Shown: positions 17,572 through 27,399 of the stretch, in pieces
How positions within the stretch are numbered: position 1 is the stretch's first letter
How the letters are laid out: each line of letters begins with the position of its first letter
IMG/VR virus record: IMGVR_UViG_3300031251_000001
Coordinates: 1 to 64,000 of that record
DNA length: 64,000 nt
Reading direction: 5' to 3' (one strand)
Made by a program: the position numbers and the translations under genes
The notes under the pieces: generated by a model
Database searches by the model: none
Told to the model about the DNA's origin: nothing
The model's input: the letters and a program-made list of their open reading frames with translations, nothing else

Positions 17572-20500
17572 CTAGGCAGCGGCATACCACAGTGGTATAC
17601 GGTGCTGTTCGCAATCCTTTTCAGTAAACGGTTCTGACCAGCGTGTCGACACTTCGTGTGACATGGATAGATAATAGGGTCCCGTTCCAAGCGACTCACC
17701 GTGAAGGTCAGTCGGGTAGATGGGCACTTGCTTGGCCATGGCCCAGCGGACCAGGCCTGTCTCCGGATGAGCCAGGTAATCGACCAGGTCGTACGGTGCT
17801 TCGATCAAGAGAGCATCGTGGATGGCCAGCAGCATTTTGACTTCCTTCTCGATCCCGGCCTCACGCAGAGCGTAATAGAGGTTGGCCACGCCCCGGTTGA
17901 GGGCACCAGCCACCAGAGCCTGGATCGGGAAGTTCATCGCCTGGCGTTCGATGTCGCCTGCCTGCCGCTTGTCCATCGCTCGTGGGAAGCGACGGCCGCG
18001 ACCAAAGCAGGAGAACATGACGCCCTCTTCGACAGCGATGCGGCGGCACTCGCTGAAGAACGGATCGAGTTCCGGGTACAGCTCGTACACGGTATCGATC
18101 ACCTGCTGTGCTTCCTCCTGGGTGATGTTGACGCCCTGCTCTTTGACAGCGAAGGCGATAGCCTTGGCACCGCGACCATAGAACAAACCGAACACCACGC
18201 TCTTGGCGATATGACGCAGGTTCTCCGCGTCGACCGACTTGAGCCCCGCCTTGCTGTAATCGCACTCCAGTTTGAAAGCGATGACCGCGATCATGGAGTG
18301 GATGTCCAAGTAGTCAGGATGCTTGGGGATACCCGGTGTGTCGCCATCGGGCAGGGTGTTACGACGCGCATGGTCGATGAGCACCTTACACCCCGACATG
18401 ATGCCGGCACCGAACAGCTCCGCACCCTTATAGTCGTGCTCGATGAAGCACATGCCGGGACGGGCCACGAACATCGATCGCAGCTTCTTGTTGTAGATCC
18501 AATTGCCCAGAGCATCCTGGCCGAAGATCTTCTTGAAGTCCTTGTCGCGATTCTTTGACTGATTCTGCAAGTTGGGTCGGAAGGACTTCCAACGGCTGGT
18601 TTCAGCAAAAGGAATGAAGTGGGACTTCACGACATCATCGGCGTCGATGCAGGCAGGCAGACCCTTGTCGTAGACGTGGCCACCCGTTTCGAGATCAATC
18701 TTGTAAGTGCCATCCTTGTTGAGCTCAGGGGGCCTCAGCGTCTGCTTGAGGGCCTGATCAAGAAATCGATGGTTGCGGATGAGATTGATCTTGGGGGCAA
18801 CGTCAGGGTTCTCTTCTGCCAGGATCGCCAACACCTGCTTGTTGGTCGAGGGACTGCGGAACAACGTCTCCCCTCGCTCGACGACATCCTCCCAGCGCAT
18901 CGGTGGCTTGGAAGTATCGATGAGCGGCTCCAGCTCCAGGGAGATAGCTCCCTCGGGCCGCAGCGACAAGGACTCACCCGTCTCCGGGTCGAACTTGCCG
19001 TTGTAACGTGTCCCAAAGAGGATCTCTTTGATCTGGTCGGTTGACCGCACATTGAGACCTTCTCGTTTCACTTTCTTCTTGGTGACCTTGAGTCCCTTCT
19101 TGAGCATCTTGCGTTTAGTCACCAGGTACCAGCGGTCGGGCCAGTTGAATGCCGCTTTGGCCTCCGCCTCCTTCTTGTCTCGTCCTCCCATGAACAAGGT
19201 AGTTAACTCTGCCAGTCTTTGTCGGTCGACTTTGATGCCGGTGGACTGCATCTCCAGGATCGGGGGCAGGGTCGACATGCCCTCCCAGAATGGCTCCCAG
19301 ACGCAATAGCCGTCATAGTCACAGCTGAGTCTCTTCTCCAGCTCCTCAGCGGCACGCAGGGTGACGTCGGCGTCATAACAGCCGTAGCTGTCACGCACGT
19401 GGATGCCGTCCTCCTCCAGCTCACCGATGAGGATCTCGTCAGGACACTCACCGTAACCATCCAGAGCGGCTGCGGTGATCTTCATCTTCGTGCAGTAGTC
19501 ATCCTTCCACTCTTCGAGCTTGCCCTCCCAGCGTGGTGCGGTGGTGTACCGCATCCCCAGGGACTCCAAGCCCAGGAAGGCTGTCTCTTCGATGGCGTGG
19601 GCGGCGACAGCGATATCGAATCCACCCTTGCCGGCCCGACACTGCTGCCACGGCTCACGGCCTTTCTCGTCGACCTTGTAGGGCACGGCGAACTCAGGAC
19701 GCAAGTCGAGACCGAAGTGGACGAACCACTCCAAATCATTCACGAAGAACGCACCGACCGCCCGCAAGCCACGCATGAAGTCTTTGAGTAGGCGGAACAA
19801 CCGTTTGACGGCCGGCCTACCGTACTTGTCGACGAAGGCGACGCCGCCACCCTGGTGGGTGAGCTTGAAACAGACAGCGGTCTTAAAGGCCCAGGACATC
19901 TGCACGGTCCGCAGGTAGGCACCTTTGTCGGTGGGGTGTTGTCCCTGCCACTCAGCATCCCATGCCACCATCCGTTTCTTCCGCCGCTTCATGGTGGCTT
20001 TAGCTTCTTTGACGATCTCGATCGCGTGCTCCAGGGTGGTGCACATACGGTGATCGATATCGTCTTCACGCTGGGTGCCGTCGCCGCTGGTGAGGAGGTA
20101 ACGGAACCGGCCCATGCCGCGCTCGAGTTGTCGCTTGCAGGCCACATCGGAGATAGCCTGCACGGGATGCAGAACCGTCATCACCGAAGCGGTGCGATCC
20201 TCGGCCTCATCGGGACAGCGATAGCTGATCTTCTCGATGCGACCCTCCATGTAGCCGACGCCGAACTTGCTGTCATTGAGTACCAGCTTGCTGGCGTCCG
20301 CCCCCAGGCACAGGATGTACTTGGGTTTGACAAGGAGGATCTCCATCCACAGGAGCGGCAGACAATCGGCTATCCACTTGGCCTTGGCCTTCTTGCTGCC
20401 GTCGGGTGGCACGAACTTGAGGATGTTGGTGACGTACCACTTGTTGGCCCCTTTGATGCGCAGGTCCCGAATGGTGTTGAGGAAGACCTCCCCCGTCTTA

Positions 20501-20883
20501 CCCATGAGGTTACGACGATAGGCTTGTTCCTCTTCCGCCGGCATCTTGCCGATGACCATGACCTCGGCTTCGTGAGGACCATCCACCGGCGGTACGACGT
20601 AGTCGCTGTCCAGCATCGACTTAGCCAGGTGCTCACTGTGCTGACCCCAGATGTGCCCAGGAATGAAAGAGGCCGGCAGATAGACGCCAGGCTTGGCTTC
20701 CACCATGAGCTCGGTACCGGGTACACGCAAGGCCTGGTCGTAGAGCCTGCTCATCTCCTCGGTGTAGAGCACCGGTTCTTTCTTTTTGGTTTTGGCGGTC
20801 TCCACTCCCATTGCCAGGTTGGCAGCGCGAATGAAGTCAGGCCCCGAGACGGGGATGCCAGGTGAGTTCCAGGGATAGATCAT
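17572..20883 (-). CDS. family A DNA polymerase with N-terminal uracil-DNA-glycosylase-like domain (SPO1-type architecture)
   Basis: UDG-4-like VMVIGKMP..EE, YVTNILKF.P, P..ILCLG, VLHP; exonuclease WDAEW and YGCYDAD; polymerase motifs A HDYKGAEL, B RHIAKSVVFGLFYG, C IHDALL. Confidence 0.9.
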   Translation of the reverse strand: MIYPWNSPGIPVSGPDFIRAANLAMGVETAKTKKKEPVLYTEEMSRLYDQALRVPGTELMVEAKPGVYLPASFIPGHIWGQHSEHLAKSMLDSDYVVPPVDGPHEAEVMVIGKMPAEEEQAYRRNLMGKTGEVFLNTIRDLRIKGANKWYVTNILKFVPPDGSKKAKAKWIADCLPLLWMEILLVKPKYILCLGADASKLVLNDSKFGVGYMEGRIEKISYRCPDEAEDRTASVMTVLHPVQAISDVACKRQLERGMGRFRYLLTSGDGTQREDDIDHRMCTTLEHAIEIVKEAKATMKRRKKRMVAWDAEWQGQHPTDKGAYLRTVQMSWAFKTAVCFKLTHQGGGVAFVDKYGRPAVKRLFRLLKDFMRGLRAVGAFFVNDLEWFVHFGLDLRPEFAVPYKVDEKGREPWQQCRAGKGGFDIAVAAHAIEETAFLGLESLGMRYTTAPRWEGKLEEWKDDYCTKMKITAAALDGYGECPDEILIGELEEDGIHVRDSYGCYDADVTLRAAEELEKRLSCDYDGYCVWEPFWEGMSTLPPILEMQSTGIKVDRQRLAELTTLFMGGRDKKEAEAKAAFNWPDRWYLVTKRKMLKKGLKVTKKKVKREGLNVRSTDQIKEILFGTRYNGKFDPETGESLSLRPEGAISLELEPLIDTSKPPMRWEDVVERGETLFRSPSTNKQVLAILAEENPDVAPKINLIRNHRFLDQALKQTLRPPELNKDGTYKIDLETGGHVYDKGLPACIDADDVVKSHFIPFAETSRWKSFRPNLQNQSKNRDKDFKKIFGQDALGNWIYNKKLRSMFVARPGMCFIEHDYKGAELFGAGIMSGCKVLIDHARRNTLPDGDTPGIPKHPDYLDIHSMIAVIAFKLECDYSKAGLKSVDAENLRHIAKSVVFGLFYGRGAKAIAFAVKEQGVNITQEEAQQVIDTVYELYPELDPFFSECRRIAVEEGVMFSCFGRGRRFPRAMDKRQAGDIERQAMNFPIQALVAGALNRGVANLYYALREAGIEKEVKMLLAIHDALLIEAPYDLVDYLAHPETGLVRWAMAKQVPIYPTDLHGESLGTGPYYLSMSHEVSTRWSEPFTEKDCEQHRIPLWYAAA

Positions 20884-21968
20884 GCTTCCATGCCTTCCAA
20901 AATACGTATTTTGGGTTTGAGCCCGAACTTCACCACCACGTCCTGTTTAGCGGCCTCTTGGATGATGTAAGGCCGCATGACCGACTTATCCAACTCGTCG
21001 GGATCGACTCCTTCAGGCAGACGAACAAAGGCTACCTGACCTGGTAGCTTCGTCCGTAGCTGCAGCGACAGCTTCTTGTGCTTGTCGGTGTCGAACTCAT
21101 CCGGATCCAGCAGATAGACCACACTGCCGTGCCGGAAGGCAACAGCAATCTGGCCGATCTGTGAATCGTTAAACTGGTGGCCCATCAGCGGGAAGGCCAT
21201 CGGACCGATGGCGAAGCGATCGTACCAACCCTCCACCATGATGCCCGTGTGGTACCTCCTGGCGATATGCAGGTTGAGTACCCCGGTCGAGTACGTCATG
21301 TCGGGACAGGTGAAATACTTGATCACGCCTTCACGCTTGAAGTCGATGTCGCCGACGAATCGTCCTTGCCAGCCGATGAGCCCAGTGGCATCACGGATGG
21401 GTACGATAATCCGGTGGAGAGCCGTGCGGAAGCGTGGGTTGGTGACAGCCACGCAGTAACTGACGCCGTGCCACTTGGAGAGCAGGTGCCCATCGACGTG
21501 TCGGCTGAGCAGGTAGGCATTGGCAGGGTGATGATAGGGTAGCTTGTGCAGCGGGGTACACACGCCGGGCATGGTAATGACCTTGGGCTCCGCTTTCCTG
21601 CCCTTGGCGACAGGCAAAGCAGCCAGCGACTTCGTCCCCATTTCGAGTCCCTGCGTGAACTCGTAAAGGTTCTGAGGATCGTCCAGGCAATCAGCGTTGA
21701 AGCAGTGGATGAGGAAGTTACCCTTCCGTCCATCACTCAGCATCTTGCCGAACATGTAGCTGACGTAGAGCCGTCGCTTGCGGTCAGGGCAGAAGGGGCA
21801 ATTGATGCGATAGAACTCGCCGCCTCGAACCTTGGCCAGCATGCGTTTGCCGGTGATAGGGTCGATGTAAGCAGGTCGATCGAACGCCTCACCCTCATGG
21901 TTGATCAGCACATCGTCGTACAGCTCCTTGAGCCGGTCGTAGAGTGCTGGATTCAGCGGATTGCTCAT
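20880..21968 (-). CDS. DNA primase (DnaG-like)
   Basis: Zinc finger CPFC...HCF..DC; RIIVPIRD..G..IGWQGR, KYF; TOPRIM VEGWYD, LDPD and LPEG.DP. Confidence 0.85.
   Translation of the reverse strand: MSNPLNPALYDRLKELYDDVLINHEGEAFDRPAYIDPITGKRMLAKVRGGEFYRINCPFCPDRKRRLYVSYMFGKMLSDGRKGNFLIHCFNADCLDDPQNLYEFTQGLEMGTKSLAALPVAKGRKAEPKVITMPGVCTPLHKLPYHHPANAYLLSRHVDGHLLSKWHGVSYCVAVTNPRFRTALHRIIVPIRDATGLIGWQGRFVGDIDFKREGVIKYFTCPDMTYSTGVLNLHIARRYHTGIMVEGWYDRFAIGPMAFPLMGHQFNDSQIGQIAVAFRHGSVVYLLDPDEFDTDKHKKLSLQLRTKLPGQVAFVRLPEGVDPDELDKSVMRPYIIQEAAKQDVVVKFGLKPKIRILEGMEA
20898..20913. promoter_or_regulatory. 16-bp palindrome CAAAATACGTATTTTG, copy 3
   Basis: Exact (extends to 18 bp); in the primase 3' end, 14 nt upstream of the DNA polymerase ATG. 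Confidence 0.75.
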
Positions 21969-23545
21969 ATACCGAGGTTGCTTCGTTGCTGAGGGTTCTG
22001 GGTTGGAATGTACTTGTCAGGGTTGTTGCTGCCTGCCTTACCGGCATCTTTGAGGGAGATGAAAGTACGGGTGCTCTCTTCAATGGTCATGTGGTCGGTG
22101 GCATCACTGAACTGGTAGAAGCTGCCGTCAAAGCGCACGATCAACCGAGGGCAGATCGGGCCGTGCCGGTTCTTGTCCGAGTACCAGGCACAGTAGCCAT
22201 CCTGGTTGACCTTGCCGCTGACCACGTTGATGTCGAGGTACATGCCGAACGACTTGCAGCCTTCCACGTCGGTACCGGCCATCGGGGCTCCCGGTGATCG
22301 CGAGTTGGCAGCACCGCTGAGCTGAGCCAGGAGTACCACGGGGACGTTGTACTTCTTGGCTACCTGAATACGCAGCTTACGCGGCAGATCACGCACTAAG
22401 TCGACACGATCGTCCTTGGTGTAGCGACCGTTGGAAGTCTCGATCACGTGATCCACCAGGGCACTGGTATGGTCGATCCATACCGAGTGGACGTAGGTGG
22501 TGTCGGTGTTGAGCAACCGGACGCAATTGGCGATCGTGGAAATCGACTGCACGGTGGCATGGTCGTTTTCCATGTTCGAGACGTCATAGAGCACGACGTT
22601 GTTGCTGATCGCTTTGGCTGCCGCCATGGCACGTCCCTTTTCGGAGATGTGCTTGGAGCCGGCGAACATCTTCTTCTCGTACTCCTGGGGCGGGTCGTTC
22701 TTCGTTCGCAGCCCCTCGAAGCCGACCTCCTGCAGGTACTTGGAGGGAATGCCGGCATAACAGCTGAGGAAGCGAAGGAGGAACTCCGACTTGGGGGTCT
22801 CGAAGGTGAAGATGGCAACGATCGGTTTGCGACCTTCAGCGTCCAGCTCCGCCGTCCTGGTGATCTGGCACGCGGCCCGTACCACTAGCGACGTCTTGCC
22901 ACCGCCGAAGGGGGCAGCAAAGCCAGCAACCCAACCACCGGCCATACCGCCGCCGAGGATGCGGTCGTAGACCTTGACCTCGGAAGAGCGACGGATAACC
23001 TTGGTGTTCTTCCACCACTCCCCGTCAAACATTTGTCCTGCTGCGGACAAAAGGGCCGGGGCCGAACGGGCTACCCGTTCGTTGATCTTGGCGAAGAAGT
23101 CAGGGATGTCTTCAGGTACCTGACCGATCTCACACTCCGCCTGGTAGGCCAGATAGATCGATTCCTCGACCATCCGCTTGCACAGGCTGATGCCCTTTTC
23201 GACGAGGTCGTCGGTGACTTTCATGCGATAGGCAACACGCACCAGTTCAACGGTCTCGTTGACCACATCCTCGGTGAAGACGCTAGGCATATCTTCCGCA
23301 GTCTCGCGCAGCGTCTGGATCAAAACATTGCGAGAGGGACGACTACCCAGAGCCAGAGCGTCACGGTAGAGACGCCACACCATGGCAAAGCCTGGGTTCC
23401 AACTAGCGATATCCTCGGGCTGGAGGGTATCAAGGAACTGCCTGGCGGCGGTCTCGGAAGCGAGCAACAGCTTGATGGCGTTGACCTTAGCGGTGCCGTT
23501 GAGGACCTTCCTTTTCTCCAGGTACTTTTCTTTGTCTGTGCCCAT
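21965..23545 (-). CDS. replicative DnaB-like helicase
   Basis: AAPFGGGKTS Walker A, FTFE, WIDH Walker B, LAQLS, KNRHG; adjacent to primase. Confidence 0.85.
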   Translation of the reverse strand: MGTDKEKYLEKRKVLNGTAKVNAIKLLLASETAARQFLDTLQPEDIASWNPGFAMVWRLYRDALALGSRPSRNVLIQTLRETAEDMPSVFTEDVVNETVELVRVAYRMKVTDDLVEKGISLCKRMVEESIYLAYQAECEIGQVPEDIPDFFAKINERVARSAPALLSAAGQMFDGEWWKNTKVIRRSSEVKVYDRILGGGMAGGWVAGFAAPFGGGKTSLVVRAACQITRTAELDAEGRKPIVAIFTFETPKSEFLLRFLSCYAGIPSKYLQEVGFEGLRTKNDPPQEYEKKMFAGSKHISEKGRAMAAAKAISNNVVLYDVSNMENDHATVQSISTIANCVRLLNTDTTYVHSVWIDHTSALVDHVIETSNGRYTKDDRVDLVRDLPRKLRIQVAKKYNVPVVLLAQLSGAANSRSPGAPMAGTDVEGCKSFGMYLDINVVSGKVNQDGYCAWYSDKNRHGPICPRLIVRFDGSFYQFSDATDHMTIEESTRTFISLKDAGKAGSNNPDKYIPTQNPQQRSNLGI

Positions 23546-23547
23546 AA

Positions 23548-24234
23548 TTACTGTCCTCCGTGCTTGAGAATCGTGGCTCGTAACAGCTCTGCATTCCTGA
23601 CGACGGCACTGGGAAGATACCCGGTGAGCAGAGCGTCATAGGTTGATTGGTTTGCCAGGTACTGGCAGGTCGCCAGTCGCAGTTTGAGGTCATACTCGTT
23701 CTCGTCAGCGATCTCATGCCGCAGACGCTCCAGCACCACGAGCTCGAACAGCGCCGGCAAATCTTCGGACTGCAGGTGCTGGATCGATAGCTGCTGCGTA
23801 GTGACGCGATGACAGAACAACACGACCTCGTGGGCGAGGAGGGCTGCGCGATGCTTGAACATAGCGGCGTAGTCGGTGTCCCGGTAGAGCTTCTCGATAC
23901 TCTTCTTCGTCAGCTCCTGGGGTGAAGCCAGGGAGCCGCAGAAGCCGTGCAGACTGGCGACGAAGAGGTAGTTCTCCGCCGGCCAATCCCTGAGCATGAG
24001 CCACCTCTCCAGTGAGGCAAAGTGGTTGGGCCGTTTACGATCCTCCACGTGCCGGGCCGGTCGGCCGTAGTAGACGCGGGGAGGAAGGTAGGCTTCAAAG
24101 CGTCCCGTGGAACGATGAATCGCCAAGCGCTGTCGAGCAACGTAAGGCACGAGCACGGACGCCCCCTTCGCTTCGTGTTCAACACGAGGCGGACGGGCGA
24201 CCAGTGGCGGGCCGAGACGGAAGAGCGACGTCAT
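23548..24234 (-). CDS. hypothetical protein (replication cluster)
   Basis: 228-aa ORF between the two helicases. Confidence 0.65.
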   Translation of the reverse strand: MTSLFRLGPPLVARPPRVEHEAKGASVLVPYVARQRLAIHRSTGRFEAYLPPRVYYGRPARHVEDRKRPNHFASLERWLMLRDWPAENYLFVASLHGFCGSLASPQELTKKSIEKLYRDTDYAAMFKHRAALLAHEVVLFCHRVTTQQLSIQHLQSEDLPALFELVVLERLRHEIADENEYDLKLRLATCQYLANQSTYDALLTGYLPSAVVRNAELLRATILKHGGQ

Positions 24235-25748
24235 TGGCCGTAGAACCTTTCGTATTGCTTGAGAGCGGGGTTATAGATGACCTGGTCGTAGCCCAGATCC
24301 TCGTACACCTTGAACCTCTTCCGTGCGTCCCGCTTGGCCTTGGAAGAGAAGGTGTCCCAGATGTCGTTATGAATCCCGTGCGTCTTGCCGGGCGACTTGC
24401 GCGTCAGACGACCGCTGACCTGATTGCAGCTCTCGTAAGAGACCACGCCGCTGGCGTAGACCGTCTCTTTGAGGAAGTCGAAAGAGACGCCGTAGTTCCA
24501 CACCAGATTAGCGATAGCGGCACGGCACTTGCCGGAGGTGAAATCATCGGTGACCTGCTTGATGCGGTCAAAGGTCATTTCTCCTTCTTCCGGCCCCAGC
24601 AAGCCGTGCTTCTCGTAGTAGCGGCGATCCGCTTCCTTGAGCTTCGTTTCCCCGTAGACCAGGGCGGTGCCGGGGCAATACTGGCGGACGTTCAGAGCGT
24701 GTTCGATGGTGGCAGTGGCAACGAAGACCTGATTGCCGTTACGGATGGCTTGCTTCAGGATGCGGGCTACCAGCTGGTTACGCAGATCATTAACCCAGTA
24801 GGTCTCACGCTTGTACTTCACGTCGTCCTTGATGCCGGCGGCGGGATCAACATCCATGCGGAAGCGGTGCCACACCACGACCACCGGGAGCACACGCCCT
24901 TTGGCTTCCGACTCCTTGAACGACTGCTTGAATCGCATGTCACCGAACATCTGCTGGCGACGATAGTTCTTGCCGTCGATTCGTTTGTCGAAGGTGGCAT
25001 CCAGTCCCCACATGATGCAGCGGTGGTACTGGGCCAGCCTCTCCATGTGCGAATCGGCCACGATGCGACGAGCCTCATCGACCAGCACCAGATCCACCTT
25101 CTCCTTGTCGATAGCGTCGAGGGAGTTGGCCGAGATCAGCATGACGCGGGCCTTGGGGTTGGTCTTCATGCCGCCGCCACGGACGCCAAAGTCGATCATC
25201 TTGGAGGAGAGCTCCGGGATGAGTCTCTGGCGGATGGTCGGTAGACCCACGACGATCACGTGGATACGCAGCTTCTTGAAGCCGGCACAGAGGGCACCGA
25301 TGATGTCACCCTTGCCCCACCCGGTCGGCAGGTTAGCCGTGCCGCCACGGTGGCGGTCAGCGATGATCATTTTGAGCAGGATGATCTGATCGGGATCGAG
25401 CGTGGGGTAGTAGCGGTTAACCCGTTCCCAATCAAAGATCCAACGGGTTGCATCAGCCGACCAGATGTAGCGCACATCAGGTTCATAGCCGTGCTTGATC
25501 AGGAAGTTCTTAACCGGGGTGAGGAACCCGGTGTCGGTGAGTATTCGCTGGTGACGGTCGACATGGAAGCACTGGACGAAAGTGTCTTCGCGGGTGTCCC
25601 ACCCCTGGGCCTGGGCAACACGTTTCTCGTAGCCCTGGAGGAACCGATGCTCGGTGAAGGTGAGCTTGGATCGGAGGAGGTCAGTGAGCTGCGGTGGAGA
25701 GTCGACCCGCATGCGGGTACCGTCCACGTAAATGGGAATTATCGCCAT
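24231..25748 (-). CDS. superfamily 2 helicase (UvsW-like)
   Basis: LPTGWGK motif I, LVDEAR motif II, GLDAT motif III, QVSGRLTR motif VI. Confidence 0.85.
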   Translation of the reverse strand: MAIIPIYVDGTRMRVDSPPQLTDLLRSKLTFTEHRFLQGYEKRVAQAQGWDTREDTFVQCFHVDRHQRILTDTGFLTPVKNFLIKHGYEPDVRYIWSADATRWIFDWERVNRYYPTLDPDQIILLKMIIADRHRGGTANLPTGWGKGDIIGALCAGFKKLRIHVIVVGLPTIRQRLIPELSSKMIDFGVRGGGMKTNPKARVMLISANSLDAIDKEKVDLVLVDEARRIVADSHMERLAQYHRCIMWGLDATFDKRIDGKNYRRQQMFGDMRFKQSFKESEAKGRVLPVVVVWHRFRMDVDPAAGIKDDVKYKRETYWVNDLRNQLVARILKQAIRNGNQVFVATATIEHALNVRQYCPGTALVYGETKLKEADRRYYEKHGLLGPEEGEMTFDRIKQVTDDFTSGKCRAAIANLVWNYGVSFDFLKETVYASGVVSYESCNQVSGRLTRKSPGKTHGIHNDIWDTFSSKAKRDARKRFKVYEDLGYDQVIYNPALKQYERFYGQ

Positions 25749-25846
25749 TCTCTTGCCTTTCCGGCATCATGGCGATAGACTTCCACTAGATGGATGGGCG
25801 TCTATCGCCGATATTGAGGGGCCGACAGTTAGCTGCTGTCGGCTCC
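25740..25846 (-). promoter_or_regulatory. structured 5' leader with kink-turn-like motif over the helicase start codon
   Basis: Alternative pairings: 25809-25800 with 25780-25771, or 25777-25769 with 25748-25740; an extra hairpin at 25818-25846. Confidence 0.45.
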
Positions 25847-25861
25847 TTGTGTTTTCAGATT

Positions 25862-26728
25862 CTACAAGGTTTCACACTGACGTGCAATGATCGAGTTGAA
25901 ATGCCTCTGTAAGGCCTGTTTTTCAGCCTCTCGCTGTACAAAGAACCCCGCTTTGTTGTTCAAAGTTGTATCAATCGTAACGTGATGCCAGTACGATACC
26001 AGCATCCGAATCCAAGTCTTAGTAGCGTTGACCACACCGTTCTTGCTGTACAGTGCGATTCGGTGCAAAAACGCATCCGGTCTTTTTAATTCTTCTTTAC
26101 TGAGTTGAGCACCAATCCCCCAGGAACGGTACGACAGCTTCGTGACGTCATCAATCAGCTTGCCCTCGCCGTAGCGGTGGGCCGAAACGCTGTTGATATC
26201 CAGCCACTGCGTCAGCCGGGTCCACTGACCCTTCGTGTCATCCGGATCAAGGAACCGCACCGGCGAGAGAATGTGACCCAGCAGTTTGCCCGTAGCGACC
26301 AGGTTGACTTTGTACGGGAAAGAGGCAAGCGGGTAGGTGATGTGCCGCTCCATGCGGAGCTCAATGGTCTCGTCGATCTCATCGGTGAGTGCCAGCCACC
26401 AGGTCGTAGGGTCGTCCCGTGGTGTCGAGCACTGTTTGTTATGCAGTGCCGCCGAGGAGTGTACAGCGAACAGGGACTTGAGTTTGATGAATCGGTCGCC
26501 CGAGGTGAGCACCGGGGCAAAGGCACGGTACGGGATGTTGGGCTTACACTGATTGATCTTCAGGTAAGGCAGGGCGTTGGCTGGCTCACAGTAAAAACGT
26601 ATGGAGCTGATCGAGTCGATCGGGATGGAGTTGAGCATCACGTCCACTGTCCCGCTGTGCGTCTCCTTCTCTTCGTCGGTACACCACGATCCGTTCCCAT
26701 CCCTGGTGAAGTGAAAGGCCAGCTGCAT
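25862..26728 (-). CDS. hypothetical protein, weak resemblance to the IS110 transposase C-terminal region
   Basis: SFP..VN....GKLLG.I..P.RF.DP......RL..WL echoes the Transposase_20 pattern; no DEDD domain seen. Confidence 0.5.
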   Translation of the reverse strand: MQLAFHFTRDGNGSWCTDEEKETHSGTVDVMLNSIPIDSISSIRFYCEPANALPYLKINQCKPNIPYRAFAPVLTSGDRFIKLKSLFAVHSSAALHNKQCSTPRDDPTTWWLALTDEIDETIELRMERHITYPLASFPYKVNLVATGKLLGHILSPVRFLDPDDTKGQWTRLTQWLDINSVSAHRYGEGKLIDDVTKLSYRSWGIGAQLSKEELKRPDAFLHRIALYSKNGVVNATKTWIRMLVSYWHHVTIDTTLNNKAGFFVQREAEKQALQRHFNSIIARQCETL

Positions 26729-26731
26729 GAT

Positions 26732-27358
26732 TCATCCTTGTTGCTGTCGTTCTCGAATCCTGTATCTCTCACGAAGCCTGACCAACAGTGAAGACATGAT
26801 CTGGGAAACACGCGATTCGGAGAGGTCCATCATTCTGCCGATCTCTTTCATAGTGACATCGTGCAGGTGATACAACCTCATGATCTCCCGTTCTCGTGGA
26901 TTGAGTCCAGCCAGGATCTCCTCCACCTGGTCACGTAAATCAACGTAGTAGAAACCAGCCACAGAGCGGTCAGCAAGCTCAGAGGCAAGATCAGTCTTCT
27001 TATAGTTAGCGGGAGCCTTGACGGCGTCGATCGATTGCAGACTCTCGGTGAAGTTCGGATCGGCGGCAATCCTTTTCTTTAGCTCCGTGCGACTGAACCG
27101 ACTACGTCGTCGCATGTAGTCCTGAATGCCGAAATGAGCGTGCATCGCCATGTAGCTCTTGAAGCTGCAATTGCGGTCAGGGTTATACCGTGGAGCATAG
27201 TCCAGCATGCGCATGTAGGCTTCGTTAGCGAGCTCATTGGCATCGTAGAGGTTGCCGAGCTTGTTCGCTGTAGCAGGACCAATCTCCTGAGCGATCTTCG
27301 TGATGATAGCAATCTGCTCAGCGGTCACTTCCACTTTCTGTTCTGGCTCGACATCCAT
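26732..27358 (-). CDS. RNA polymerase sigma factor, FliA/WhiG (sigma28)-like
   Basis: Region 2 YNPDRNCSFKSY.....FGIQDYMR; region 4 LNPREREIMRLY....TMKEIG..MDLSESRVSQI. Confidence 0.85.
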   Translation of the reverse strand: MDVEPEQKVEVTAEQIAIITKIAQEIGPATANKLGNLYDANELANEAYMRMLDYAPRYNPDRNCSFKSYMAMHAHFGIQDYMRRRSRFSRTELKKRIAADPNFTESLQSIDAVKAPANYKKTDLASELADRSVAGFYYVDLRDQVEEILAGLNPREREIMRLYHLHDVTMKEIGRMMDLSESRVSQIMSSLLVRLRERYRIRERQQQG

Positions 27359-27399
27359 GTCGATCTCCGGTCACTCCATGAGCGAACAGCTTACTCACT

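Noticed and set aside
17572-20883. Intein or intron in the DNA polymerase
   Set aside because: The extra length is explained by the UDG-like domain and short insertions. No intein splice motifs or LAGLIDADG blocks are seen and the frame is continuous.
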